The notes under the pieces: generated by a model
Told to the model about the DNA's origin: nothing
Seen by the model: only the letters and a program-made list of their open reading frames with translations
The model's database searches: none
Made by a program: the position numbers and the translations under genes
Part shown: positions 16,634-17,550 of the stretch, piece after piece
How positions within the stretch are numbered: position 1 is the first letter of the stretch
Layout: every line of letters begins with the position of its first letter
DNA from: Fidelibacterota bacterium
GTDB taxonomy: Bacteria; Fidelibacterota; UBA2242
Reading direction: 5' to 3'
Assembly: GCA_049975265.1 (NCBI GenBank)
Contig: JBNGDF010000013.1
Location: 1-17,550 of the forward strand
Length of the DNA stretch: 17,550 nucleotides

Positions 16634-17550
16634 TTACCCCGCTATTTTAATTATAAACTGTAAAATATTCAAAGAAATCTTATCTCTATCAAATTCCTTT
16701 TCTGCTAACATGCGCGCATTTTTTCCCATCTTTACGCGTAAAGCAGGGTCATTATATAATCTATGAATATTTTTTTCAAATTGACCCATATCCCAAAGGT
16801 CTGTTCCTAGTCCGGCATTATAATCTTCCACGACCCTCCTTTGCCAGCCAGAATAATTCAGCAGAATTGGTTTACCAGCACTCAACGAATCAAAGAATTT
16901 ATTGGCTGAATTGTTCTCGAGAATCGGATAGTTATTAAATAGTACTAGCGCTACATCAGCTATAGCAACATAATAAGGTAATTTCATTTTTGATACAGGT
17001 GGAATTATTTTGACATTGCTAATGTTTTCACGACGAATTCGATTCAACAATTCAGGTCGTTCACTTCCATCTCCGATAATTAAAAAAATAATATCTGAAT
17101 ATTGCTCGATTTTTTTTGATATGTCAACAATAAAATTTAGTCCGTTTACATGACCTATAGTACCAAAGTGAATCAGAACAAATTTACCTTCCAAGTCTAA
17201 TCTGTGACGAAGTTCCTGTGGATTTATCGCCGGATTAAAAAGGGTCAGATCGGCGCTATTTGGAGCAACGATAATTGGCGTATCTGTATTTGTATATTTC
17301 AAAATATTCTTCTTCATGCCAGGCGACAATGCCACAATGCCCGCTGCATTCCGATATATACATTTTTCCAACCCGTATAAAAAGGCGACTAATACTTTGC
17401 TTTTTAGAATACCCATTTCAACCGGGATTCGCGGCCATTCGTCCCGGACTTCAAAAATAAACGGTATGTGTTTTATCATCTTACAAAATACTGCCGGTAT
17501 TCCGATTGTCAAAGGTGTACTGGTTGCATATACAATGTCTGCTTTTTCCA
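16634..17550 (-). CDS. Glycosyltransferase family 4 (WbuB-like), 5' end outside the window
   Basis: Frame stays open to the window edge (EKADIVYATSTPLTIG...). FEVRDEWP, GDGSER and NKFFDSLSAGKPI motifs. Confidence 0.9.
   Translation of the reverse strand, partial: EKADIVYATSTPLTIGIPAVFCKMIKHIPFIFEVRDEWPRIPVEMGILKSKVLVAFLYGLEKCIYRNAAGIVALSPGMKKNILKYTNTDTPIIVAPNSADLTLFNPAINPQELRHRLDLEGKFVLIHFGTIGHVNGLNFIVDISKKIEQYSDIIFLIIGDGSERPELLNRIRRENISNVKIIPPVSKMKLPYYVAIADVALVLFNNYPILENNSANKFFDSLSAGKPILLNYSGWQRRVVEDYNAGLGTDLWDMGQFEKNIHRLYNDPALRVKMGKNARMLAEKEFDRDKISLNILQFIIKIAG

Overview
Bacterial chromosomal window in which every credible gene lies on the minus strand. The host is probably from the FCB superphylum (inferred from a bS22-type small ribosomal protein and a DUF2851 gene). 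In transcription order (right to left), it starts with the AT-richer tail of a surface-polysaccharide locus: partial GT4 glycosyltransferase, NeuD/PglD-type acetyltransferase, SDR epimerase/dehydratase, LegC-type aminotransferase and a small monotopic phosphoglycosyl transferase (PGT). Next comes an 848-aa protein fusing a complete WecA/MraY-family polytopic PGT to a complete WbaP/WcaJ-type large monotopic PGT. Housekeeping genes follow: serS, class II aldolase, plsC-like, DUF2851, rfaE2-like, mltD-like, sppA, HU/IHF, a 31-aa bS22-like protein missed by the ORF track, xseA, xseB and nadK. The most notable signal is three glycan-priming PGT domains in two adjacent genes: the dual-PGT fusion, with both motif sets intact, and a small PGT whose catalytic Asp is replaced by Asn. 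No tRNA, rRNA, CRISPR array or mobile element was recognised. All calls come from motif recognition; no searches were run.
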